Positions 28,592-38,874 are shown, counted from the first letter of the stretch. The stretch: DNA of 64,000 nucleotides from Desulfobacterales bacterium (GCA_963668645.2 CAXXWC010000019.1:384001-448000); one strand, 5' to 3'. Made by a program: numbers and translations. Notes: generated from the sequence alone by a model not told the origin.

Positions 28592-30281
28592 CTGTTTTTG
28601 CGCCGCCGCTGCCTTGGGATGCCGGTGGAAAATCGATTTCAATCCGCGTTCCGGCGCCCGGCGTGCTCGTCACCCGGATCGTTCCGCCGGCGCCGCTGAC
28701 GATGTCCTGAACCACCGGAAGCCCCAGACCGGTGCCCTGGTGGTGAGGCTTGGTGGTAAAAAACGGAATAAACATTTTTTCCCGAACCTGAGGCGTCATG
28801 CCGCAACCGTTGTCTTCAATCACCACCCGGGCCCGGCGCGAATCGGCCCGGGTAAGCAAACCCAAACGGCCGCCGCGGCCCATGGCCTGGAGGGCGTTCA
28901 AGATCAGGTTGGAAAAAACCTGGCGCAGCTGGGCCGGATCGATTTTTACCCGCCCCGTGTCGGATGCGAGGGACATATCAATGGTGATTTCGTCTTTTTT
29001 GCAACGGAATTCGAAAAGAGACAGGCTTTCGCGCAGCACCGCGTTGACCGGCACCGCCTGGGGTTTGGACGCAACCTTGCGGGAAAACAGCAATAATTTG
29101 CGAACCACCTCCCGGGCGTGCAGAGAGGTGGAGACGATGCGGGCGATGTCCTGGCTTGCCTGGGCAGGCAAACCGGCACACTTGCCCGCCAGTTGAGCGT
29201 AACCGAGAATGGCGGTCAACGGCTCGTTGATCTCGTGGGCGATGGCGGCCGAAAGCTGGCCCATCATGTTGAGCCGGTCGGTATGCGCCAGGCGGTCCCG
29301 CATTTCGGCCTTCTCGCGATCGAAGTCCTTTTGCGCGATAATCTTGGACAGCTCACAGGCAATGGTGTCGAGAAGCTTCCGTTCTTCTTTGAGAAACGGC
29401 CCCTCATCGAGGTGCATGTGCTCGGCCGTGTAAACGACCTCGATCCAGCCCCGGCGGTTGGCGTCCACCACGATATCACTGGCCAGTGTCAGGCCGGCTG
29501 AAAACGCCCCTTGGTCCCCGTAATCCACCCCATCGAGGCGGATGTGCACCCTGGCATCGTCGCTGTACAAAAAGGCATCGGAAACGATGGCCGCAATCTT
29601 TCCGAGCAGAGCTTCAAGTGAAACGGTCTCACCGGCATCAATGCGCGCCATGCGATAAAGGCAGGTCAACTCCTTGACCCGTTCGCCCAATGCCTGGCTC
29701 GCCTGCCAGTTCGCGACGGCAAGTTGAAACAGGGGGGCGATCTTGTGAAAACGGGTCATGCGCGCCGGCCACTTCCTGTCAGGAGTCCCGTTGGCGAGAA
29801 CAAGCATTCCCGGGCTTCCGTCGATGCGGTCAAAGGCCGCCACCAGCAGGGCCGGCGCATCACGCCCCGCCAACCTCGTCACGAGCGTCAATGCCCTTTC
29901 GGCTTCCATATCCGCCGTTTTCAAACGGCTTCTGTCATCGATCCACCAGACAGCCGCCTGCGGCACGGCGATAAGCCGTGGTGGCGGATACCCCTTGTTC
30001 AATTGCCGGACCAGCTCCGCCGGAGACCCCACCGCCTCGGGTAATCTGGCTTCCAACCGGCGGCCGTTTTCCGTAGCGGCCATTTCGGAGCCCGAAGTGA
30101 CCACGTCTGACCGCACGCTGCGATAGACCGTATTGTCCAAAAACCATAACAACCCCCGATCGCAGCCGAACAGGGCCACCAGGGACTCGACCGCGGCCCG
30201 GAAAAAAGAACCCCGATCTGCCCCGCGATTCGCTTCGGCCAGAATCCGGGAAAGTGCTTCCAGCGCCGTAATTTTGTTCAT
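28575..30281 (-). CDS. Cytoplasmic sensor histidine kinase with GAF-like input region
   Basis: AHEINEPL, NLILNALQAM, DNGCGM, PFFTTK, GTGLGL; no TM helix seen. Confidence 0.92.
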   Translation of the reverse strand: MNKITALEALSRILAEANRGADRGSFFRAAVESLVALFGCDRGLLWFLDNTVYRSVRSDVVTSGSEMAATENGRRLEARLPEAVGSPAELVRQLNKGYPPPRLIAVPQAAVWWIDDRSRLKTADMEAERALTLVTRLAGRDAPALLVAAFDRIDGSPGMLVLANGTPDRKWPARMTRFHKIAPLFQLAVANWQASQALGERVKELTCLYRMARIDAGETVSLEALLGKIAAIVSDAFLYSDDARVHIRLDGVDYGDQGAFSAGLTLASDIVVDANRRGWIEVVYTAEHMHLDEGPFLKEERKLLDTIACELSKIIAQKDFDREKAEMRDRLAHTDRLNMMGQLSAAIAHEINEPLTAILGYAQLAGKCAGLPAQASQDIARIVSTSLHAREVVRKLLLFSRKVASKPQAVPVNAVLRESLSLFEFRCKKDEITIDMSLASDTGRVKIDPAQLRQVFSNLILNALQAMGRGGRLGLLTRADSRRARVVIEDNGCGMTPQVREKMFIPFFTTKPHHQGTGLGLPVVQDIVSGAGGTIRVTSTPGAGTRIEIDFPPASQGSGGAKTDDPYR

Positions 30282-30605
30282 TTCTAACCGAAGAATCAGT
30301 GTGAAAAGACGTTATCTTCCCCTGCGACAGGAGTCCTCTTCAAACAACGTCATTCCAGTTCGCAGAGGGCGTGCATAGCACATTGTCAAATAAATTTGCC
30401 AGCAATTCCCAATTCCCGCTGAACCCTGTGATTCTGGCGGCATAACCAGAACGGGAGGCTCGTTGCCACCCATTTGTCTCAAAGGGGGCAGGATCAGGAA
30501 AGCGATTGCATTGTCTTGGCCAGGACCTATACTTAGGACAAGTATGATCGGTCGCTGTCGATTACCTGCCTGAGCTTAACCCCCGGAGCCCAAGGAGCCC
30601 GTGCC

Positions 30606-33600
30606 ATGGCCACCGAAGCCGCACCAACGCCAGCCGCCCGCCGCCGCAAGTTGCGCTGGGTCCTCATCGCCGTCAGCGCCCTGGTACTGATCTATACCCT
30701 GACCGGATTTCTGGTGGTGCCCTGGGTGATCGAGTCCTACGGGGCCCGACGCTTGGGCGAGATCCTGCAGCGACCGGTGCGGATCGCAGAGGCGGCCTTC
30801 AATCCCTATGCTTTTACCCTGCGGATCAAGGGAATGGCCATCGACGAAACCGACGGCCAGCCCCTGATCCGGATTCAGGAGCTGTTCACCGACCTGGCCG
30901 TGATCGATTCCATCGGCGGCACACCCACCGTGGCGCGCCTCGATCTGGTGGGCCCGGAAGTATATCTGACGCGCCTGGCCGACGGGACCGTCAACCTGGC
31001 CCACCTGGGGCCGCAGGCGCAGGACCGGCCGGCACCGGAAAAAGAAAAGGCACCGGACGGAAAAACCGATTTCAAACTGGTCGATTTCACCCTCACCCAG
31101 GGTCAGGTGGTATTCCGCGACGAAAGCGCCGAAGGTTTTCAGACCACCCTCAGCCCGATCACCGCGACCCTTGCCAACCTGACCACCGCGCCCGATCAGC
31201 GGGCTGCCTATACGTTAAAATTGACCACCGAGGCCGGCGAAACCTTGACCGTGGACGGCGGCTTGACCCTGAGCGAGCTGGGTGCCGAAGGGCGCCTGGT
31301 CTTGTCCGGCGTCCTTCTGGCGAAGTACGCGCCCTACTATCGCGGCTACGTCGGTTTTCAAAAGGCCGACGGCCGGCTGGATCTGGATCTGGCTTTCCGC
31401 TACGGCGACGGCCAGGTCCGCCTCGATCCGGTTTCGGCCGCCCTTTCAGACCTGGCCCTTGCCGATCCGCGCAGCGCCGAAACGCTGGTGGCCCTTTCGC
31501 AGCTGAAGGTGGACGGCACCCGGGTCGATACCGCGACCCGCACGGTCACGGTGGCGCAGGTGGGCATCGAGGGCCTGGCGCTTAACACCCACCGCGACGC
31601 CGAAGGACGCATCGACCTGGTGGATCTGTTCGCGCCGCCGGCGGCCAAGCCTTCTTCGCAAAAGGTCGAATCACCGGGGACGAAGCCGGAGTCGGAAACG
31701 GTTGCCGCTCCAGAGCCCGGGCCACAGGCGACACCGTCTGCCCCAGCGCCCCCGGCAGAACAGGGGACGCCGACGCCCGAACCGCCCCCAGCGCCGGACG
31801 GGGCAGCCACAGCGGCCCAGCCGTGGACAGCGACCATCGAAGGGATCAACCTTGCCGCAGGCCCGATGCGCTTCGCAGACGCCGCAGGGATAGAGCCGTC
31901 AAAGGTCTCCCTGGAGACCCTGAACCTGCAGCTGGGACCGCTGACCGCCGGCGGACAAGACGTCCAGATCGCCGGCCTGGCCGTGGAGATGCAAAACCTG
32001 ATCCTCAAAGATGGAACCGGGGATCGCACGCTGGTGGAAATGCCCCGCCTGGCGCTTCGCGACACCGCCGTCGACGCCCAAAAACGGACGGTCCAGGCCG
32101 GCCGCCTTGAAATCGCCGGCACCCGCATCAACGCCCGGCGCCTGGCCGACGGCCGCATCGATCTGGCAGGCCTTTTCCGGCCGCCGGCCGCCGCCGCTGC
32201 GCCGGCACCCGCCGAACCTGCAGCCGGCAACGATTCACCCTGGGTTCTGTCCCTCGATACCCTGGCACTGGCGGATCACGGCCTGCGCTTCGAAGACCGG
32301 GTGCCCAAACCGGCCGCGACCCTGACGGTGGAGGATCTGGCGATTCAGGTCGAGCAATTCAGCACGGCCGCCGATGCCGCACCGCGGATTCAACTGTCCG
32401 GCCGGATCAATCAGAAAGGGACCTTTTCCATCGGCGGGCCCGCCACCCTGACCCCCTTGACGGCCGAACTGGCGGTTAAGCTGGCCGCCCTGGACATCTC
32501 ACCCTTCCAGCCCTATTTCCAGGACCAGGTGCAGATGCTGGTCAAGGATGGGCAGATCGGTGCCCAGGGAAAGCTCAGCCTGGCCCTGCCGGCCGGTGGC
32601 CCGGCCAAAATCCGTTATCAGGGCAATGCCTCGGTGTCCCGCCTGGCCGCAGTGGACAAACGTGAACAGCGTGAATTTCTCGGATGGCAAAACCTTTTCG
32701 TGGAGGGGGCCGACATCACCACCGAGCCGCTCGGAGTCCATCTGGAGCGGGTGGCGTTGAGCGACTATACGGCCCGGGTGATCATCTACCCGGATGGGAC
32801 CCTCAATCTGGCCCAGGTCTTTCAGCCGCCGGCCGGGCCCGCCACGCCGGCTCCGGCTCCGGCATCCGGGGCAGGAGCTGGCCAGCCGGTGCCGATCCAG
32901 ATCAATGCCATCACCCTCCAGGGCGGCCGGGTCGACTTTTCCGACTTTCTGACCCGGCCCAACTTCGAAACCCGTATGGTCAAGCTGGGCGGGCGGGTCA
33001 CCGGCCTCTCCTCCCAGCCCGCCCAACATGCCGAGGTCCTGATCCAGGGGGCCCTGGAAAATCAGAGCCCTCTCGAGATCGCCGGGCGCATCAACCCCTT
33101 GTCCCAGGAAAAATATACCGATCTCAAGCTGACTTTTCGCAATATCGAACTGAGCCCCTTTTCCCCCTACTCGGGCAAGTACATCGGCTACACCCTGGAC
33201 AAGGGCAAACTGACCCTGGAGCTGGATTACGAGATCGCCGAACGCCGGCTCAAGGCTCAGAATCGGATCTTTTTCGACGCGTTGACCCTCGGCGAACGGG
33301 TCCAGAGCCCGGATGCCACCAGCCTGCCGGTCAAGCTGGCCCTGGCCCTGCTCACCGACCGCCAGGGACGCATCGAGCTCGATGTGCCGGTCCAGGGGAA
33401 TCTGGACGATCCGCATTTTTCCATCTTCCATATCGTCATCAAGGCCCTGGCGAATCTTTTCACCAAGATCGTCACCGCGCCCTTTGACGCCCTGGCCTCG
33501 GCGTTCAAGGGCCAGATCGTCACCCATGTCGGTTTTGCGGCGGCCAGCGCCGACCTGGACGACGAAGCCCGCTCGCAGGTGACCAAGCTGGCCGACGTGC

Positions 33601-34076
33601 TCTTCCAGCGCCCGGCCCTGCGCATCGAAATCCAGGCAACGGCCGATGCGGCCAGCGACGGGGCGGCCATACGCAAGGAGCGTTTCAGCCAGCTGCTGCG
33701 CACCGCCAAACACAACGCGCTCCAAGCCGCCGGTCAAAGCGCTCTGCCGCCGGAAGAAATCCGGGTCGAAGCCGCGGAAAAGGACATTTACGTCGCCCTG
33801 GCCTATGCGACGGCCGACTTTCCCAAGCCCCGGGACGGTGCGGGCAAGGAAAAAATCCTGCCGCCCGCGGAAATGGAAAAACTGCTCTACACCCAGATCC
33901 AGGTGGACGAAAACGACCTGCGACGGTTGGCCAACGCGCGCGCGGCTGCCGTTCGCGATCAGTTGCTGGCCGACGAACGGCTCAAAGCCGAACATATCTT
34001 CACCGTCCAACCCCAAGTGTTGGAAAAAGCCGAGGATGAGGCATCGGCCCGCCAGGTCCGCTTCAACTTGAAATGA
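30606..34076 (+). CDS. DUF748 domain-containing envelope protein with C-terminal OmpA-like region
   Basis: N-terminal TM, FNPYAF, repeated beta-rich units, FSPYSGKYIGY, LPVKLALALLTD...GNLDDP, LANARAAAV. Confidence 0.85.
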   Translation: MATEAAPTPAARRRKLRWVLIAVSALVLIYTLTGFLVVPWVIESYGARRLGEILQRPVRIAEAAFNPYAFTLRIKGMAIDETDGQPLIRIQELFTDLAVIDSIGGTPTVARLDLVGPEVYLTRLADGTVNLAHLGPQAQDRPAPEKEKAPDGKTDFKLVDFTLTQGQVVFRDESAEGFQTTLSPITATLANLTTAPDQRAAYTLKLTTEAGETLTVDGGLTLSELGAEGRLVLSGVLLAKYAPYYRGYVGFQKADGRLDLDLAFRYGDGQVRLDPVSAALSDLALADPRSAETLVALSQLKVDGTRVDTATRTVTVAQVGIEGLALNTHRDAEGRIDLVDLFAPPAAKPSSQKVESPGTKPESETVAAPEPGPQATPSAPAPPAEQGTPTPEPPPAPDGAATAAQPWTATIEGINLAAGPMRFADAAGIEPSKVSLETLNLQLGPLTAGGQDVQIAGLAVEMQNLILKDGTGDRTLVEMPRLALRDTAVDAQKRTVQAGRLEIAGTRINARRLADGRIDLAGLFRPPAAAAAPAPAEPAAGNDSPWVLSLDTLALADHGLRFEDRVPKPAATLTVEDLAIQVEQFSTAADAAPRIQLSGRINQKGTFSIGGPATLTPLTAELAVKLAALDISPFQPYFQDQVQMLVKDGQIGAQGKLSLALPAGGPAKIRYQGNASVSRLAAVDKREQREFLGWQNLFVEGADITTEPLGVHLERVALSDYTARVIIYPDGTLNLAQVFQPPAGPATPAPAPASGAGAGQPVPIQINAITLQGGRVDFSDFLTRPNFETRMVKLGGRVTGLSSQPAQHAEVLIQGALENQSPLEIAGRINPLSQEKYTDLKLTFRNIELSPFSPYSGKYIGYTLDKGKLTLELDYEIAERRLKAQNRIFFDALTLGERVQSPDATSLPVKLALALLTDRQGRIELDVPVQGNLDDPHFSIFHIVIKALANLFTKIVTAPFDALASAFKGQIVTHVGFAAASADLDDEARSQVTKLADVLFQRPALRIEIQATADAASDGAAIRKERFSQLLRTAKHNALQAAGQSALPPEEIRVEAAEKDIYVALAYATADFPKPRDGAGKEKILPPAEMEKLLYTQIQVDENDLRRLANARAAAVRDQLLADERLKAEHIFTVQPQVLEKAEDEASARQVRFNLK

Positions 34077-34081
34077 TCAAT

Positions 34082-34112
34082 CCTTGACACCGAATCAAGG
34101 CTGATATTATCA
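34082..34112 (+). promoter_or_regulatory. Promoter/operator region of the FmdB-fur-feo operon
   Basis: TTGACA (34084) lies inside the IR CCTTGA-N7-TCAAGG; palindrome TGATA-T-TATCA (34102-34112) overlaps a TG-n-TATTAT -10. Confidence 0.5.
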
Positions 34113-34180
34113 ATGTTATTTTGCTCCCGCCCCGGGTTTGCCGTGCGGGGGAGCCATGACCGAACCAAGGAGCCGCCCGC

Positions 34181-34417
34181 ATGCCCATCTATGAATTTCG
34201 CTGCCTCGACTGCAGCCAGTTCTTCGAAGTACTGGTGCTTGGCACCGAAGATCAATCCATCAGCTGCCCCCACTGCAGCCAGACCCATTTCGAGAGGGTG
34301 CTGAGCACGACCTCCCACCAGGTCCGTTCGTCCGGGGCCGGTGCCGCCCCAACGGTCCAAAACCGGACCTGCTCGAGCGGCACCTGCTCGACCATCACCC
34401 TGCCCGGCCCGGATTGA
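34181..34417 (+). CDS. FmdB family zinc-ribbon protein
   Basis: MPIYEFRCLDC...FE...CPHC...ERVLS. Confidence 0.9.
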   Translation: MPIYEFRCLDCSQFFEVLVLGTEDQSISCPHCSQTHFERVLSTTSHQVRSSGAGAAPTVQNRTCSSGTCSTITLPGPD

Positions 34418-34457
34418 CAGGCAGGATGACGGAACTTAGGTTGATGGCCTTGGACGG

Positions 34458-35186
34458 GTGGCGATGAAGACACTTCACGTACAAGAAATCGAACAGCTCA
34501 AAAAGCTGTTCAGCCAGGAGGGGGTCGAGCGCTTCGAGGATCGGATCGAGGTGATCGATGCCTTTTTGCAGACCGAAAATCATGTCACGGCCAGTGAACT
34601 GCACCGGCAGCTGATCGAGCGGGGCGTGCAAGCGGAGCCCGATTTCGTCCGTGAAACGCTCAAGCTCATGTCCCGTTTCGGTTTTGCCCAGGGCAACCGG
34701 TTCGGCAACGGTGAGGTCCGCTACGAGCACCTGCACCTGGGGCATCACCACGACCATATGGTATGCACCAAGTGCCGGCGCATCTTCGAATTCAAGAGCG
34801 AACCGCTCGAAGCGCTGCAGCTTCAAATCGCCAAGAAGCACGGGTTTCACCTGCTCCAGCATCGCATGGAACTCTACGGCATCTGCCGCGATTGCCTCGA
34901 TGTACCGGTGGACCGGATGCCCCTGGTGGCCGCACGCCCCGGGGAACGGCTGATCATTCAGGAATTTTGCGGCGGTGCACGGGCCCGAATGCGCCTGTTG
35001 ACGATGGGCCTGCGCCCCGGGGATCGCATCGAAGTGATCACCAGCTGCCAGGAAGGCCAGATCGCCATCGCTGCAGATAACCGGCGTTTCGTTCTGGGAC
35101 GCGGGCTGGCCCAGAAAATCCTCGTGCAGCCGGACCACCTGCAGCCCGGCCGCGTGCTGAGTCACCGTGACGATGAAGAAGCTTGA
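34458..35186 (+). CDS. Fur-family repressor fused to a C-terminal FeoA domain
   Basis: HHHDHMVCTKC, HRMELYGICRDC, then RMRLLTMGLRPGDRIEV...LGRGLAQKILV. Confidence 0.9.
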   Translation: MAMKTLHVQEIEQLKKLFSQEGVERFEDRIEVIDAFLQTENHVTASELHRQLIERGVQAEPDFVRETLKLMSRFGFAQGNRFGNGEVRYEHLHLGHHHDHMVCTKCRRIFEFKSEPLEALQLQIAKKHGFHLLQHRMELYGICRDCLDVPVDRMPLVAARPGERLIIQEFCGGARARMRLLTMGLRPGDRIEVITSCQEGQIAIAADNRRFVLGRGLAQKILVQPDHLQPGRVLSHRDDEEA

Positions 35187-35259
35187 AGGATCTGGCCGCG
35201 GCCGCGGGTAAAATAGACGCGGACGGCACCGGCCGGACGGAAATCGGGGTCGAAGCACA

Positions 35260-35493
35260 ATGCCGGTGAATCTCAGTGAGCTTAAGGAAGGCCAGCAGGC
35301 CGTCATCGTCCGGGTCGGAGGCGCTGGTGCGCTGCGGCGCCGCATGCTGGAAATGGGGCTGCACAGGGGGGCGGAAATCCGGGTGGAAAAGTACGCACCG
35401 TTGCGCGATCCATTGGAGTTGGTGACCAACGGGTGCCACGTTTCGTTGCGCGTGGAAGAAGCCACTCAGATCGTGGTGGACCATGTCGTCTAG
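35260..35493 (+). CDS. feoA: Ferrous iron transport protein A
   Basis: LRRRMLEMGL, YAPLRDP, VSLRVEEA. Confidence 0.93.
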   Translation: MPVNLSELKEGQQAVIVRVGGAGALRRRMLEMGLHRGAEIRVEKYAPLRDPLELVTNGCHVSLRVEEATQIVVDHVV

Positions 35494-37684
35494 CCCGGGT
35501 TCCAAGACGCCGCCCAAGCGGCTGACCATCGCCTTGGCGGGCAACCCCAATTCGGGCAAGACCACCATATTCAACGCCATTACCGGTACGCGCCAAAAGG
35601 TCGGCAACTGGCCCGGGGTCACGGTGGAAAAAAAAGAGGGGCAGATCGAACGCTTCGGCTATGATCTGCGCATCGTGGACCTTCCGGGCACCTACAGCCT
35701 GACCCCCTTTTCCATCGAAGAAATCGTGGCCCGCGATTTTGTCCTTGACGGGCATCCGGACGTGGTCATCGATATCATCGATGCCTCCAACCTGGAGCGC
35801 AGTCTCTACCTGGCCACCCAACTGCGCGAAATCGACTGCAAGATCCTCTTCGCCCTGAACATGGCCGACCTGGCAAGCAGCCGGGGGCTGAAAATCGACG
35901 ACGCCAAACTGAGCGAATTGCTCGATCTGCCGGTGGTCTTCACCGTGGGCAACCGCCGGGAAGGGATCGAGGAACTGCTGGCGCAAGCCATCGCCCTGGC
36001 CGAAAGCGAAGCCTTGCCGCCCCAGAAGCGCCGGGTGCGCTACACCCAGGACATCGAAACCGCCGTGGCCAGCCTGAAAGGGTTGATGGAAAGCCAGGAC
36101 GGTCTGACACCGGGCTACAATATGCGCTGGGCGGCCATCAAGCTGCTCGAAGACGACCATATCATCAAGCAGCGCCTGCTCGAAAAGGCCGGCGATGCGG
36201 CCACCCCGGTCCTCAACGAAGCCGAACGGCTGCGGCGCCAGTTGGCCGACCGTTACGACGACGAGCCGGAAATCGTCATGACCGATGAACGCTACGGGTT
36301 CATCGCGGGAATCATGCGCGAGGTGCAAACCGCCGCCCCCTTTCAGCGGGTGGACATGTCGCGCAACATCGACCTGGTGCTGACCAACCGCTTCATCGGG
36401 TTTCCGATCTTCATCTTCTTTATCTGGGCCATGTTTCAGATGACCTTCTCGCTGGGGGCCTATCCCATGGCCTGGATCGAGGCGGGCGTGGAAGGAATCG
36501 GCCGGCTGCTCGCTTTCTGGCTGCCGCCCTCCTTGCTGCGCGACCTGGTGATCGACGGAATCGTCTCCGGGGTGGGCAGCGTGGTGGTATTTTTGCCCAA
36601 TATCCTGATTCTGTTTTTTTGCATCTCCCTGTTCGAGGATACCGGGTACATGGCCAGGGCCGCTTTTTTGATGGACCGCATCATGCATCTGATCGGCCTG
36701 CACGGCAAATCCTTCATCCCCATGCTGATGGGGTTCGGATGCAACGTGCCGGCCGTGATGGCCGCGCGCACCCTGGAAAGTGAAAAGGATCGCATCCTGA
36801 CCATCCTGGTAACACCCTTTATGAGCTGCTCGGCCAGGCTGCCGGTCTACCTCGTGCTGGCCGGCACCTTCTTCGCGGCCCGGGCCGGGACGGTGATCTT
36901 TGGCATCTATCTGCTCGGGATCATCACCGCCATGGTGTCAGGCCGCCTTTTCCGCAAGAGCCTGCTCCGCGGGCAGGATGCGCCGTTTGTCATGGAGCTG
37001 CCCCCCTACCGGGTGCCCATGGCCAAAAGCCTCACGATTCACATGTGGGACCGCAGCAAGCTGTTCCTCAGGAAAATGGGCGGGGTCATTCTGGTGGGAT
37101 CGGTGATCGTCTGGGCACTGAGCGCCTTTCCCCGCCAAGTGACCTACCGCACCGACTACGGTGCCTTGCACCAGGCCGTGGTGGACCGGTACGAGGCCCG
37201 AATCGCCGAAGCGCCCCAGGCCCAGCAAGCGCTCCTGACCGCCGAGCGCGATGGACGACTAAACGCGTTGCGCCGGGCACGGCGGGCCGAGCACACCGAA
37301 CTGAGCTACCTGGGGCGGATCGGCAAATTCATCGAACCGGTTTTCAGGCCTATGGGCATCGACTGGCGCGGCGGCGTGGCCCTGCTCAGCGGGGTAGTGG
37401 CCAAGGAGATCGTCGTGAGCACCATGGGCGTACTCTATGCGGCTGAAAGCGCGGATGAAAACGCCCTGGGGCGGGCCCTGACCGCCGCGGGGATGACCCC
37501 CCTGTCGGCAGCGGCAATGATGGTTTTCGTGCTGCTCTATGTCCCGTGCCTGGCCACCGTGGCGGCCGTGCGAAGAGAGGCAGGCAACGGCTGGATGGCC
37601 TTCTCGGTGCTCTACAGCACCGGATTGGCCTGGCTGATGGGGGTAGTGATATATCAAGGCGGCCGATTGATAGGACTAGGCTGA
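35483..37684 (+). CDS. feoB: Ferrous iron transporter B
   Basis: GNPNSGKTT, VGNWPGVTVE, DLPGTYSL, NMAD, GFGCNVP, FMSCSARL, MELPPY. Confidence 0.97.
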   Translation: MSSSPGSKTPPKRLTIALAGNPNSGKTTIFNAITGTRQKVGNWPGVTVEKKEGQIERFGYDLRIVDLPGTYSLTPFSIEEIVARDFVLDGHPDVVIDIIDASNLERSLYLATQLREIDCKILFALNMADLASSRGLKIDDAKLSELLDLPVVFTVGNRREGIEELLAQAIALAESEALPPQKRRVRYTQDIETAVASLKGLMESQDGLTPGYNMRWAAIKLLEDDHIIKQRLLEKAGDAATPVLNEAERLRRQLADRYDDEPEIVMTDERYGFIAGIMREVQTAAPFQRVDMSRNIDLVLTNRFIGFPIFIFFIWAMFQMTFSLGAYPMAWIEAGVEGIGRLLAFWLPPSLLRDLVIDGIVSGVGSVVVFLPNILILFFCISLFEDTGYMARAAFLMDRIMHLIGLHGKSFIPMLMGFGCNVPAVMAARTLESEKDRILTILVTPFMSCSARLPVYLVLAGTFFAARAGTVIFGIYLLGIITAMVSGRLFRKSLLRGQDAPFVMELPPYRVPMAKSLTIHMWDRSKLFLRKMGGVILVGSVIVWALSAFPRQVTYRTDYGALHQAVVDRYEARIAEAPQAQQALLTAERDGRLNALRRARRAEHTELSYLGRIGKFIEPVFRPMGIDWRGGVALLSGVVAKEIVVSTMGVLYAAESADENALGRALTAAGMTPLSAAAMMVFVLLYVPCLATVAAVRREAGNGWMAFSVLYSTGLAWLMGVVIYQGGRLIGLG

Positions 37685-37732
37685 TCCTGGCCGTTTGGCG
37701 CAAAGCCGCCCAAATTGAGAAAGGAAAAAACC

Positions 37733-38359
37733 ATGGGAATCGATCCGACGGCGCAAATCCGCTGGCTCGGGCATGACGGCTTCGTTGTCAGCGGAACCGA
37801 CCAGACCCTGGTCTTCGATCCTTACCAGATCACCGATCCGGCCAGTGCCGATCTGGTTCTGGTCACCCACCCCCACTATGACCACTGCTCGCCGGCGGAC
37901 ATCGACAAGGTACGCCACACCAAGAGTGTCATTGTCACCGAAGCCGAATCGGCCGCCAAGCTGAGCGGGGATCTGCGGGTGATGATGCCCGGAGACCGGA
38001 TCCAGATCGGATCGGCGACCATCGAAGCGGTGCCGGCATACAACCTGGGAAAGAAGTTTCACCCGCGGGCCAAGAATTGGCTCGGGTTCATCGTCACCCT
38101 GGATGGAACGCGGATCTACCATGCCGGCGACACCGATCTGATCCCGGAAATGGAAGATTTTGCCTGCGATATCGCCCTGCTGCCGGTCTCCGGCACCTAC
38201 GTGATGACGGCCGACGAAGCCGTTACCGCCGCCCGGCGCATCAAGCCGCAGGTGGCGATTCCGATGCATTACGGCACGCTGGTCGGATCGGCAGAGGATT
38301 GCGAAAAGTTCAAAGACGGCCTGGCCGGATTCTGCCGAGTGGTGGTCCCGCAACGATGA
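37733..38359 (+). CDS. MBL-fold metallo-hydrolase
   Basis: WLGH, FDPY, THPHYDH, YHAGDT, IPMHY. Confidence 0.92.
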   Translation: MGIDPTAQIRWLGHDGFVVSGTDQTLVFDPYQITDPASADLVLVTHPHYDHCSPADIDKVRHTKSVIVTEAESAAKLSGDLRVMMPGDRIQIGSATIEAVPAYNLGKKFHPRAKNWLGFIVTLDGTRIYHAGDTDLIPEMEDFACDIALLPVSGTYVMTADEAVTAARRIKPQVAIPMHYGTLVGSAEDCEKFKDGLAGFCRVVVPQR

Positions 38360-38790
38360 AAGGACGCTGCCTGGTCATGCTCCTGGTCTTCTGGGCCGTG
38401 GGCGGCTCGACTGCCTGGGCTGAACGGTTGGCGGTCAACGTACCCATCGCCAACATCCGAAGCGGCCCGGGTACGCGGCACGCCGTCATCTGGAAGGTCG
38501 AGCGCTTTTATCCGCTGGATATCATCGAACGCAAGGGGGGGTGGTGCCGCTTCCGCGATTTTGAGAAAGATCAGGGCTGGATCCACCAAACCCTGCTGGC
38601 CAGGATCGACGCCGTGATTACCGTCAAGGAACCGTGCAATGTGCGCAGCGGCCCGGGAACAGACTTTGCCGTCGCCTTCATGGTCGGGGCCGGAGTCCCC
38701 TTCAAGGTTCTCGAACGGCGGGGCGGCTGGCTGCACGTGGAACACGCCGACGGAGACAAGGGCTGGATCGCTCAGGCATTGGTATGGTAA
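38356..38790 (+). CDS. Secreted tandem bacterial SH3-domain protein
   Basis: Signal peptide; two N(I/V)RSGPGT...GW...GWI repeats; ATGA overlap. Confidence 0.9.
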   Translation: MKGRCLVMLLVFWAVGGSTAWAERLAVNVPIANIRSGPGTRHAVIWKVERFYPLDIIERKGGWCRFRDFEKDQGWIHQTLLARIDAVITVKEPCNVRSGPGTDFAVAFMVGAGVPFKVLERRGGWLHVEHADGDKGWIAQALVW

Positions 38791-38874
38791 TGAGCAGCCG
38801 GGCCTTTATTGGGGCCTGAACAGACTTAACGCGCTGGCACTACTTTTGGCCAAACCCTTTAGACAGGAGACCCG

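Noticed and set aside
38835..38850. Sigma54-like TGGCACTACTTTTGGC upstream of the TPR gene
   Set aside because: The -12 dinucleotide is GG rather than GC; too weak to call.
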